The notes under the pieces were generated by a model that searched no databases, had not been told where the DNA came from, and worked only from the letters and a program-made list of their open reading frames with translations. A program made the translations under genes and the position numbers. Positions 50,316-62,266 of a stretch of DNA of 64,000 bases are shown here, piece by piece. The stretch's first letter is position 1. Every line of letters begins with the position of its first letter. Origin of the DNA: Octopus vulgaris (Eukaryota); the NCBI GenBank assembly GCA_951406725.2, contig OX597827.1:49910001-49974000 (forward strand), given 5' to 3'.

Positions 50316-50664
50316 TTTGAGTGGCTGTGTGGTATGAATACTTGTTTCCAACCACATGGTCCTGGGTTCAGTGTCTTCTACTATAGATTCGACTCGACCA
50401 AAGCTTTGTGAGTGGATTTTGTTAGGCGGAAACTGTGCGTGTGTATTTATGTGTGTGTATGTGTGAGTGAGTGAGTGTTTGTCCCCCCACCCACCGCTTG
50501 ACAAGCGGTATTGGTGTGTTTACGTCCTTGTAAGCTAGCGGTTCGACAAGAGTGACAGACAAAATATCAGGCTTAAAAATGTAAAAAAAAGGACTGGGGT
50601 CGATTCATTCGACTAAAATTCTTCAAAGCAAGTAAAAGAGTAGAAGTGTGTGTTGATATATGTA

Positions 50665-50763
<99 letters not shown>

Positions 50764-51378
50764 ATAACAATAATAATATATATACATACACACACATATA
50801 AATATATTTATACATACGCCCGCCCCACACATATATATATATATGTATTTATACATATACATATATATACATACACATATATATATTTATACATATATAT
50901 ATATATGTATATATGTGTGTGTGTGTGTGTGTATAAATATATATATATGTGTATGTATATATTTATATATACACATATATATATATATATATTTGTATAT
51001 ATACACATATATATATATGCACACATATATATTTATACATATACACACACACACATATACATATATATATACATACATATATATTCATAAACATGTATGT
51101 ATGTATGTATGTATGTATGTATGTATGTATGTATGCATAAGTGTGTCTCTATGAATCTCAAAGACAGAGACAGAGGGGAGAGAGGAGGGAGAAAGAGTAG
51201 TAGTAGCAGTAGTAGAGAAATGTTAAAAACATTAAAAAAACAAAAAACAAAGAGAGAAAGAAAAAAGAGAAAGAGGAGTGAGATGAAGTGAAAGGCAATA
51301 ACATTTGTGAGAAACTTTTCTGCTTACTTCATTCCTTACCTCCACCTCTAACTAAGCATTACGCTACTTTGAGTCGAA

Positions 51379-51598
51379 ATGGCTAAGCTGGTCTGGATTT
51401 TGGGCTTGAGTTGGTTGTGTTTGTTACTCGTCAGTTCTTCGCCGGTCAATGAAGAAATCGATGGGGAAGATGATTATGAAGATGAAGAAGAAGAACATTG
51501 TAACCCAGGTTGCATAAAAGAGTGTGCAAGAGTGAAGAGATGCCGTGCGGAGCCTATACGCGATTCATGCGGATGCTGCGTGTGCGCAGAAGATGAAG
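51379..51598 (+). CDS. First coding exon of a secreted IGFBP N-terminal (IB) domain protein
   Basis: Signal peptide MAKLVWILGLSWLCLLLVSS, acidic EEIDGEDDYEDEEEE, then CNPGCIKECARVKRC...DSCGCCVCAEDEG. Donor AAG|GTAGGT at 51598/51599 (phase 1). Pyrimidine tract plus AG at about 51356 may be an acceptor. The rest of ORF 51379-51981 is microsatellite. Confidence 0.82.
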
Positions 51599-51774
51599 GT
51601 AGGTACTTGCTTATAGAACAATTATGGCTGTTGTCTCTCTCTCTCACACTCACTCTCACTATCTCTCTCTATCTCCCTGGCTTTATCTCTCCCTCTCTCT
51701 GTCTCTCTCTTTCACACACACGCACACATATGTATATATCAATCTTTATTTATAAATACAAAGTTTTATCTATC

Positions 51775-51851
<77 letters not shown>

Positions 51852-51886
51852 GTCTATCTGTCTATCTATCTGTCTGTCTGTCTATA

Positions 51887-51959
<73 letters not shown>

Positions 51960-52048
51960 GTCTATCTATATATATATATAAAGCTATACCTAAATACACA
52001 CACACGCACACACACTACCTCTCTCTCTCTCACACACACACACACAAG

Positions 52049-52129
<81 letters not shown>

Positions 52130-52295
52130 CACATGAGCGAGTATGTTTGCTTAACTCTTATATTTTTGTTCGGTCGTTGTACATTTCGTTCAGTCATTGT
52201 ACATTGTCGATCAAATTGACAGTAATACATCTCCCCTCGTAAATTAAGGGACCGTAAGTCAACGAACTTTGGTGCCAAACAAAAACATGCTCATT

Positions 52296-52382
<87 letters not shown>

Positions 52383-52498
52383 GTCAAACCGAGTCTCTTT
52401 TGGGATTATATTGAGCTTGCGCAGGCAACAATAGTTACTAATACTTTTGTAAACTTTGGAAAACTGAATCGCTTCGCATCAATCTACGCGAGGTAACG

Positions 52499-52577
<79 letters not shown>

Positions 52578-52591
52578 GCGTTACTTCGCGT

Positions 52592-52627
<36 letters not shown>

Positions 52628-52806
52628 TCGTAGCTTAGTTTTTCCTTGGGGCTGGCCGGATCGGAGCGATCTCAAGATTAATCAGCCGAAATTGCTAGGA
52701 TGATCCGGTTCTTGACTGAAGATTGAAGGCTTCGAGTGTCCCGTCCGTGTTTTTTGTATCGTCTTCTAAATGTTTTACGTTCTTGTCCCAGTTTGTATTT
52801 TTCTAC

Positions 52807-52867
<61 letters not shown>

Positions 52868-52911
52868 GTTTGTGAAAACATAAATCCAAAAGAAGCACAC
52901 TGTAAGATGTA

Positions 52912-53251
52912 GAGCAGTATATATATTAAAAATGGACAAAGCCGGTTTATGGGATTACCTTAGGTTCCCCGTCCATAAAGGGTTTTAGCTTTATGGCGTA
53001 TCGTCAGATCCCCAAAACCTGGGCGGAAGTAAAGAATACGCACACCAACCGTTTTCAGCGTAACAAAAGCCCTAACCCTAGCCCTCACCCCTAACCCTAA
53101 TCCTAAACACCGAGAGTGCGTATTCTTTACCTTCGCCAAAAACCTGTTGGCCAATGACCTCTTCAAAATATGGAAGGGGATTGACGATATGCCATAAAGC
53201 TAAAGATGTGAAACCTAAGGTAATCTCATAAACCGGCCTTCCCCATTTTAA
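52912..53251. mobile_element. MITE with long imperfect TIRs and internal (taaccc)n; a solo end lies at 48225-48310
   Basis: taaaaatggacaaagccggtttatgggattaccttagg...gctttatggcgtatcgtca versus tgacgatatgccataaagc...cctaaggtaatctcataaaccggc...cattttaa. Confidence 0.75.
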
Positions 53252-53253
53252 AT

Positions 53254-53361
<108 letters not shown>

Positions 53362-54080
53362 TGGAAACAGCGCCAGATGCAAATCTAAGACATTTCAATT
53401 TAAGAAAGAATTCAATAAAATGCTTTCAAAATTATATAAAGAAAACGTTACCGGTTTCGATGATGAATCTCATCGTATAAAATATCAGTAAAAAATTTAT
53501 GAAAATTTCAAATATATAACTGTTCATTTTCTGTCTGGGGGCCAAAACATGTAGGCTATTTGCAACTCCATCTGTTATATATAAAAGTTTGATTTGTATA
53601 GATCTCTCTAATCTTTTTTCAAACCATATCTTTTATAAGATTAATTCCGAAATTGATTCAATATAGAGATAACGAAATTTAAATTTTCTAAAGGTTAGTT
53701 GCCCGTTTTTAGTTTCAATTTTCCTGCAACAAGTGGATTATAAGTGGATAAATCAGTGTATTGGCTTTAGAATAACCCTCTTTAGCCCTTAATTATATGA
53801 TATATATATATATATATATATATATGCTATATATATGTACGGATGCATGTACGTGCATGTGTACCTCGATATATGTGTATTGTGTATGTATTGTATATAG
53901 GTGTATGTGAGCTGTGCGTGTGCGTGTATATGTGTTTGTATGTATCTATGTATGTGTTTATATATATGTGTGTGTGTAGTCGAGTATGTAGAAGTTTGCG
54001 TGCGTATAGATTTGTGTATGTGCGCACGTATATTTGTATATACGTGTGTATATATATGAGTATGTATGCACATGTGTATT

Positions 54081-54117
<37 letters not shown>

Positions 54118-54239
54118 GTATATAAGGTGTGAGAAGAATGAGAAAGTAAAGCGTTTTGGTAGTCAGTGTGCTCTCGTCCAAGAAGGTTCTATATTCTTCT
54201 ATATTCACCCCCTGTTCTTTGGGGCTAAAATGTCTCTGA

Positions 54240-55910
54240 AAGCCCAGTGGTGAGCTCCGCCTCATAGCAGTTGACTGTATTCTGTGATGGTTCACAGCGA
54301 AAGTGTGTCTGTATTCGGTTTCAAACTAACTGTCCGACGAATTTTTCCTTATTCAGCTAGGGGTGGGTACCAACTTGCCTTCTGAGACCTTAAAGGTCAT
54401 CCTCAAACTAGATCTCAGGAATGCCTTGATAAGCTTGGGAGCTCTTGATAAGTTCTTTGCAATTGCGAGGACGAGGAGTGAAAAACTTGGTCGTAGGGGG
54501 CTTAGCCTCAACAGTTTCAAATGCAAGCTCTGGCACCTCAACCACCGAGCTTTACATTAGCAAACTGTAAACCTGTTTACATCCTTCCCCTCTGTCGCGG
54601 TCCTCCCTCATCAACGTTTTATTGTCTTAGAATCCCAATCACTGACCGAGCTTTCGGATGCACCTTTCGATCCAAGATTACTAACCTTGATCGATCTTCA
54701 AGGAACTCGAATGCTTGGTCAATAGCAGACTCTCTCCAGAATCCCGCCACTAGATTGCTTTACCCAAACGATTTGTGGTTCTAGGTTTGCATAAGTGCTC
54801 TATCCTAGGGTTGCTGGCGCCACGGGCAAGCTAAACTTCGGCGTGTACAAGCTGACGGTCGCGGAAATGTCCTCGTCTTTGTCATACCCTCCTTGGCGCA
54901 CCCTAGTACATGGCGCCCCGGGCGACTGTCCGAGATGTCAGTACCTTGAGCCGGCTCTATCTCTATCTCTTCCTTTTTTTTCTTTCTTCCATCCATACTT
55001 GCTCTCCTTTGGTAGGCAACATCCTCTCCTTTCCTACAACGATTAGTTCCAACAGGGATATGAAGGAAGCACTGCTACAGTGGAGAGTGCTGGGTTCGTC
55101 AGCTCCTGATATAGCTGAGGATAGACGGAAGCAGAGAGTATGAGGCACTCTGCGCTCAGGTGCTTCTTTCAACTCTCTCTTTGAGCAGTCTGATCAATTT
55201 CCAAGGTGTCCCCTACTTTCTGCAAGTGCGAAACTCTCGAGGAACTGGGTTGATGCCCAGCCTGTAGCCAATATTGGAAATCTATTAAGTCTGGATGAGC
55301 TTCATATCTCCATTGCATTCAGAGTGGGAGCCGACCTCTGCGAGAGACTGAGAAGTCGCTGCGGTAGGCCCTCTCAACTCCACAGGCCTTCATAGTTTGC
55401 TTTGCCGCCTAAATGCTGGTCGTTTCGCTCGTCACACCGAGTTAAACTTATTCATTAAGCGGGCTCTGGCTCGGGTTATTATCCCCTCGGTTCTGGAGTG
55501 GGCGGGATTATCCAGAAGTGATGGGATGAAACCAGATGGTCTTACTCTTTGACCCTGGGTAAGAGGTAGGTGCCTCATATGGGACACCACAGTCTGTGAC
55601 TCCTTTGTTCTCACCCACATCCTGGATGCTGAGGTAAATGGGAAGGGTTATTATTTCCGTAGCCGAGCGGAACAAAATCCTCAAGTTTCGGGACCTGTCT
55701 GTGAACTTTCTATTCCAGCCTGTGGTGCTTGAGATGTTTAGCGGGACTGAACCGCTAACAACGAAGTTCTTGTTACTGGCAGCTCGCCTTACCGAGGTGT
55801 CAAATGATGCTCATGTGGGTGCTTGGCTGTTCCAACACCTTAACCTCACCATCGTCCGTGGCGATGTCGCCAGCGTGGTGGCTTGCTTCAGAACGTTCTG
55901 TTAAACCACG
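54240..55910 (+). mobile_element. CRE-clade non-LTR retrotransposon remnant (RT pieces plus RLE)
   Basis: ELRLIAV, IQLGVG, LKLDLRNA, GRFARHTELN, SDGMKPDGLTL*PW..GRCLIWDTTV, FQPVVLE and WLFQHLNLTIVRGDVAS. Confidence 0.85.
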
Positions 55911-56064
55911 TGGTGTGCGACCATTTGAAGCACTTAGTGTTGAATTGATGTTTCTTTTTCCTTTCTTTCTCTTTCCTCTCTTTTTCTTCTATTTTTTTCT
56001 TCACTCGTGTTTATGCTTTCTTCGGGTTTTTTCTTCACTTATGTTAATGTTTTCTTCGGATTTT

Positions 56065-56398
56065 GAAGGGTTTTAGTCGAGCGAATCGACCCCAGTACTT
56101 ATCTTTTTAAAGCCTGGTACTTATTTTATCGATGTCTTACCAACTGCTAAGTTACAGGGACGTAAACAAACCAACACCAATTGTCAAGTAGTGGTGAACA
56201 AACACACACCCACATGCACGCGCACACACACATATATATTCATACACGACGGGCTTCTTTCAGTTTCTGCTAACCAAATCATTCACAAGGCTTTGATCAA
56301 CCCGGAGTTATAGTCGAAAACACTTGCCCAAGTAGAACTGAACCTGGAACCTTGTGCTTGGAAAACAAACTTCTTACCTCATAGCCACGCCTGCGCCT
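56065..56398 (-). mobile_element. SINE family B copy
   Basis: Reverse-complement similarity to 49819-50228. Confidence 0.78.
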
Positions 56399-56508
56399 AT
56401 GTATTATGTAACTTTGTACGTAACCTAGAATAAATTATGCTCATTTACGGAAACGTACGTAACATCTATATGGATCCATTTATGTATGTATGTATGTATG
56501 TATGTATG

Positions 56509-56542
<34 letters not shown>

Positions 56543-56642
56543 TGTATGTATATATGTATATATATATATATACACACGTACACACACACACACACACAAG
56601 CGCGCTCACACACACACACACACACGCACACATACATATATA

Positions 56643-56820
56643 TAGTTAATCCAAACATGAAAACACAAAGAGAAAACACAACAACGCGAGGACGTGGAAC
56701 AAATATAGTATTATTGGACGCTCAGGAAGGAAGGGAAGAAGGAGGGTTTAACGTTTCGAGCGGAGCTCTTCGTCGGAAACATAGGAGAAGGAAAGATCTA
56801 GAGAAGGGAAGACAGAGGAT
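56643..56820 (-). mobile_element. Short PLE-derived repeat with a minimal hammerhead-like motif (56746-56780); truncated copy at 42250-42335
   Basis: Minus strand reads gttt-CCGACGA-A-GAGC(tcc)GCTC-GAAACGTT-aaac. Adjacent to (TA)n. Confidence 0.65.
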
Positions 56821-56832
56821 CATTCTTCTCAT

Positions 56833-57140
56833 CATCATTTGACGACCGTGTTCCATGCTAGCACTGGTGGGACGGTTCCACAAGAGCCGGCCAGACCGAA
56901 GCCTGCACCAGACTTCTGTCACTGTTTTGGCAGGGTGTTTACAGCTGGATGCCCTTCCTAACACCAACTACTCAGCAGAGTAGTCTTAGTGCTCTTTATG
57001 TGGCACAAGCACAGGCGAGGTGAGTAGTGATTTTTACGTGGCACAAGCATAGGCGAGATTAGTTTTGGCAAGGTTTTTACAGCTGGACGCCCTTCCGAAC
57101 ACCACTCCTTTTACAGTGTGGACTGGGTGCTTTTAAGTGG
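56833..57140 (-). mobile_element. SINE family D-related copy
   Basis: catcatcatttgacgaccgtgttccatgctagc and acagctggatgcccttcctaacacc. Confidence 0.7.
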
Positions 57141-57702
57141 TAGCTGCACTTAACAGACCTATTGGCGTATCCTGTTATGGTACAGTATTTATTTTACTTT
57201 ATAATTATTTATACACCCTGTTACTCCTAAAGAAAGATTAACCCACCAATTTATATTTCTAGTTTAGTCATTTACTCAACGTCCTGGAGCGCTACACTGC
57301 AAAATGGTATGATTTAAATATATTAAGCCTTCATTCTTCTTCTCGAGGCTCTTCTTTTCTTTTCTTTTCTTTTCTTTTATGTATTTCCTTCACTCTGATG
57401 AAGTTCCATGTTCCAGATCGGATGTGTTACAAAATATCACGAATATTATTCTCAGAATTTTCAATGGCAACACTATAGAACATTGGAAGCAGAAACGGCT
57501 GTTAGATGGCAAAAAGTTTTGTATGAAAAAAAAATCGATGGTAGTCAATTGTTGTTGATCAAGATTTCTCCATTTTCTGCTTAATTTAAATTTTATTCCT
57601 GATAAACTCATGTTTATCTTTGTCATTGGCTGTATCCTGTGAGCATAATATGCTTGTATATGTATGCCCAGGGTTAACATAGGTAATTATACCGGTAGTA
57701 AA

Positions 57703-57783
<81 letters not shown>

Positions 57784-59086
57784 ATAGAAGGATAAAATCG
57801 CGATAATGATTTTTATCAGGTAGATAATATGCAATAAAAATTTATTGAATCAATAATTTTATATATATATAATTATATTAAGGGAGCAAGGGCGAAAAAC
57901 GACTATCTCCTACATGCTTGAAAATGCCGAGGCCCTCAGATACTACTGAAAAACTCCAAAATATACACAGGGTTGTAGTCGGGCGAGTGAAAAAAAAAGA
58001 TATTTAAAATACTTCACGTTAATTGTGAATTGGGTCCAATTTCTGGATTAAAGCCATAAAACAGGATTTTTTTCCTTCATCAACACAATACATGAGAAAT
58101 ATAAATACAAATAATTATACATTAGGGTGATGACTTTTTTCAAGTTGAGTAAGGCCGAGGTACCAGAAATACAAAAAACTCCCCTATCGATAACAATATA
58201 TTTGACAACACTTTTACTACGGACATGCATATATTGTTCAAGTAATAAGATGTACTGTTATGCATTGTTACTGTAATAAGGGCAGCCTTATTACACTAAC
58301 AGCAGTTTTTAGTGATCCTTGTTGGTTAAAACAAATCGCAGATTTAATTTTTTAGAAGACCTACAATCTAATTCCTCCATTATTTTTACTGCCCGTTCAG
58401 CACATATGTTTGAACGTTGAACATCTTGAATTACTGATTCTTCAAGATTCCATTTAACTTTCAAACATTTGCTTGCTTTAGTATATCCAGAAACTGCTTC
58501 TGAAAGTTTCTGGTAGGCCATACTGTCTAACCTTTGGTCACAAAAGCATATTTCCATCCAGTTTCCGCTGATAAAATGACACACGTCATAGAGTTTTTCT
58601 CTACTTTGTGGTAGAAGCATGTATGTAAAGATAGCCAAGATTGCTCGTGAATACCAATGTACATTGCTAATTCTAGGTAGTTTTCTAAATTTAATTTCTG
58701 GGAAAATTCTTTGTTGCGGATAAAATCGGAAAGCATGGCCAAGTTCAAATAAAAACTTAAGGTCATCTCTCCAACCTGGATTTAACATCCATTTCAAGTT
58801 TTCCTTCGCCTTGTTTCCATTCTGCCACCAAATCCTCATAGTTGTTTTTATTAAATCGTCCCTGAACGGATATGATATATTTGGTGATGCAGTTTTTCCT
58901 TTCAGTGTATCATCCATCACAGGTTTTAGGAGGCGGTCTAACACATGATGTTGGCAACCAGTTTATCCAGGTGCAGGGTATCCACGTTTTACAAATCCGT
59001 TCGGCAGTTGAATGACCACTCTAGTACGCTTTCCTGTATTTACACTACATGTGTCTGTATTGATCATTTTGATTACTGGTCACAAG

Positions 59087-59801
59087 TATGCTGCTGGAGA
59101 GGACCGACCAGGTAAAGGACCTGGGTATCTTGGTGGATTCTTCCTTTTCGCCTTCGGCCCAGTGCGTCCATGCTGCCAACAAAGCACGCGGAGTTCTGTT
59201 TTTGATTCGACGGTCATTCGGAATGCTCACAGCAGCCATATTCCTACCGCTCTAAGTCACGCTGGTGAGACCCATATTGGAGTACAGGATTCAAGCCTCT
59301 TCTCCTTATCTCCTCAAAGACATACATCATCTCGAAAGAGTCCAGAAGCTGGCTACCCGCATGGTTCTTGGGCTCAAGCATTTGTCTTATGAAGAAAGGC
59401 TGAAGACGCTCGACCTTTATTCTCTAGAAAAACGACGACGCCGTGGTGATCTCATTCTTGCTCACATCATAAGCGGAAAGTGTAACCTCTCGAAAGAGCT
59501 GTTCTTCACTCCTGCTCCAGAGCGTCGGCTGGGGGGGGGGTCACTCCGAAAAGCTCTATCTGCGACGATTTCATCTCAATCGAAGGAGTGGGGCTTTCTC
59601 CGTCCGGATCCGTGGAATAAGCTGCCGGACGAGATAGTGAAGAAGCCGCCGACCGCTTGATTCAAAGTCTCTCTTGACCAGAAATGGCCTGAACTCTTTG
59701 CATGAACACCACCCTGTACCTAACTCCATGTCCCCCTACATGGCTTTGCTTTTTGCTTTTTGAGCCAAAAAATTAACTTAACTTAACTATTAACTTAACT
59801 T
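59087..59801 (+). mobile_element. CR1-clade LINE 3' end nested in the hAT transposase
   Basis: LVRPILEY...HLERVQKLATRMV.GLKHLSYEERLKTLDLYSLEKRRRRGDLI; (ttaac)n tail. Confidence 0.9.
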
Positions 59802-60621
59802 ATCCAAAACTTCCTTTAGTCCTTGAAAAATGGTATCTGCTCTGCCAGTCTTCAGAGTTAGTGCTGCTAATCTAATTTCTCGTGTTGTTTTTCACTACAA
59901 CAACTTGTCTTTCTTCACCCTTCATAACTTTTCCATCGAAATGGAGCACCCACTGGTCATTTTTTAAAAGTTTCTTTTAGTTCCTGCTTCATCTTTGCGA
60001 CTTCTCTCATAGCAGCTTAAGCACTCCTGACTGTGACGGAGTGGGGAGAAGTACTCCTTCCTCTCTCAGCTGTTTGCAGACGTTGGCTGCTTTATAACTG
60101 CTTAAATTCTTTGGTTTTGTTTTTTTTTTCAGCAAGTTCGTTGCTTTCTGAGTTGAGTGATGTCGTTGTTTAGAGTTGCCAACTTGTTTGTCTATTGGTA
60201 ACGTGATTTCATTTGCAGAATTAGAACTAGGGGTTTCTGATGATGACGATGATGATGATGATGTGTCTGCAAGAAGTTGGGTACATATCAGTGACATCAA
60301 TGCATACAAAAATATTTGTGTAATTTTTGAGAATTTTTTTGGTATGTTACTTTACCTGCTTCAACTTGTGAAGTTGAAGCCGACACTCTTGACGAGAAAG
60401 GTGTTCGCTTTGAAGAATGAACCACAGCTAACCGAGTTGTGGCGTAGCCAGTTTATACCATCACTTTGAATTTGTGTACTGTAAAAGTCTTTGTCTTCTT
60501 TAGATAACCAATTGCCATATTGATTAGTAATGTCAAACAAATCTTCAAAATTTTGACCTGGTTTCGGACATTTCAAATGGGTATCGTACCTTGTCAATAG
60601 AAAATTTACTTTTCTTACAAT

Positions 60622-60856
60622 ATATTTCTTTACTGCCCACAAGGGGCTAAACATAGAGGGAACAAACAAGGACAGACGAAGGGATTAAGTCGATTATATC
60701 GCCCCCAGTGCGAAACTGGTACTTTATTTGTCGACCCCGAAAGGATGAAAGGCAAAGTCAACCTCGACGGAATTTGAACTCAGAACGTAACGACAGACGA
60801 AATACCGCTAAGGATTTCGCCCGTCGCGCTAACGTGTCTGCCAAGCTCGCCACCTT
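60622..60856 (-). mobile_element. SINE family A copy fused downstream of a tRNA
   Basis: Full head ggtggcgagcttggcagacacgttagc through tail gggcagtaaagaaata. Confidence 0.88.
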
Positions 60857-60869
60857 CTTAAAAGTTCTC

Positions 60870-60950
60870 CGCCCGCAGAGGGACTCGAACCCGCGACCTT
60901 CAGATGTCATGAGATGACTTAAAAGTCTGATACTCTACCGACTGAGCCAT
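60870..60950 (-). pseudogene. trnK: tRNA-Lys(UUU) pseudogene with a 14-nt canonical-position intron; 5' acceptor strand missing
   Basis: Minus strand reads tggctcagtcggtagagta-tcaga-CT-TTT-A-[agtcatctcatgac]-A-tctga-aggtc-gcgggttcgagtccctc-tgcgggc-g, then trailer gagaac and TTTT. Intron 60906-60919; anticodon 60921-60923. Confidence 0.85.
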
Positions 60951-61831
60951 AGACTTAAATGTTATACACGGAAAATCAAATTTTTTCCATAAATTCCCTA
61001 GTTCCTGAGCAATGAGCCGATTACTTGCATCTCTGGAGTTTTTAACTTTTGCTAATGCATTACACCTTCAAATGATGCTGGATTTTCTGGGGATTCTAGT
61101 TAGTTCGGTTCAACTCATGTTCCACATTCGGAATTATTCTTCGCTTTTTAACAGACTTTTCAAAGTTAGATATATATATTTTTTTTTTTTTTGCCACTTC
61201 TTGTTTGCTGCAACTGCTTGACTTGACTGCTTAAACGACATGATCGATGTTTTTATTTCACTGATTAAATCAATATATTTTAATATCTGTAATAGAAAGA
61301 ATAATGCATCAGGGATTATCTCAACAACAAATAATACTACTGAAGATGTGAAACAACTTTAACCACTGTATATATCGTTATTGGTATTTGACCAGGAAGT
61401 AACTTCAGTCATAGACTCCTTTACATCTAATAGAATTGTGTGAAGCACTAATGCCGAACGTAATGTGAGTTTGACTTAGGCAATGCAAATGTGACGCATT
61501 TGGAAATAGAAATATCAGTTGGTGGGGAAGGTTTTTGAAAGTTTAGAAAAAAATGAACAGCTAGTTACTGTTTTCTTATCATTTCTCATAGCAGGTCACC
61601 CTGGCCATGTTCAATTTCAGAAAAAATTTTAAAAGCCATTACCCTATTACACTGTACGACAGTCGTACAGTGTTATTATCTCCAAAAGGTTGGATCGTTA
61701 TAACGTCCGTTCAGTATCAGCACAGACACGACTATCAACACAGTCTTCGACCCCCACCCTGTTAATCAGGTACCGGTCTATCTATAATAGCTGGCTACTA
61801 CTACTTTTTACCGGGAGGACTGTCCGTTTCA

Positions 61832-62266
61832 CTATTCAACACTAGTGTTATAGCCAAAGATACGTTGAGTAGCAGATATCATTGAGATACAGGAGGATAC
61901 ACCGTTTACTATACTATGTATGTATGCTCTTGAGTGGTTCGAAAAGCGATTAGCATAAGCAAAGTGCTGATTTGGCTTATGAAATGGCTTGAAGAGACCT
62001 GTCCTCAGATCTAAACGAACATCTAAGAAGTTAGGTACTTCACAGTTGTCATTAAGTGTGATAGATAAACCTACATTTTTAAAGTGTCTCATAAGATTTA
62101 TCTTAGTTACATCATAGCTAGCATTACTAGAATTACATATAAAGAGCAAAGCATCATCCTTATAAAGACTTCCTTCTAGGTTCTGAAATTCATCTTTAAT
62201 AGAAGTTAATAAGTATATCCCCATTCTTTCTAGTCCAAGACTTATTAAATTTAAGGATCTTTTCAA
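61832..62266 (-). mobile_element. Penelope-like RT fragment (Naiad-like)
   Basis: LYKDDALL...FKNVGLSITL...NFLDVRLDLRTGLFKPFHKPN...YANRFSNH. Confidence 0.8.

Larger units (their letters stand above)
58123..61646 (-). mobile_element. hAT-like (hATm-type) DNA transposon with a disrupted transposase and nested insertions
   Basis: TIRs TAGGGTGATGACTTTT / TAGGGTAATGGCTTTT. Motifs VLHFDGK, TDTCSVNTG, GCQHHVLD, SNVHWYSRA and SNICAERAVK. Flanks ttatacat / ttacactg match only 5 of 8. Confidence 0.78.

Noticed and set aside
51599-51981. C-terminal part of the 200-aa ORF 51379-51981
   Set aside because: It follows a strong splice donor and consists of (CT)n and (TCTA)n repeats, so it is intronic.
57403-57560. 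Candidate second exon of the IB-domain gene (VPCSRSDV...VNCC*)
   Set aside because: Phase-compatible after a GAAG acceptor, but it lacks the expected CG...C..GL.C continuation and the acceptor is weak. It cannot be supported without RNA data.
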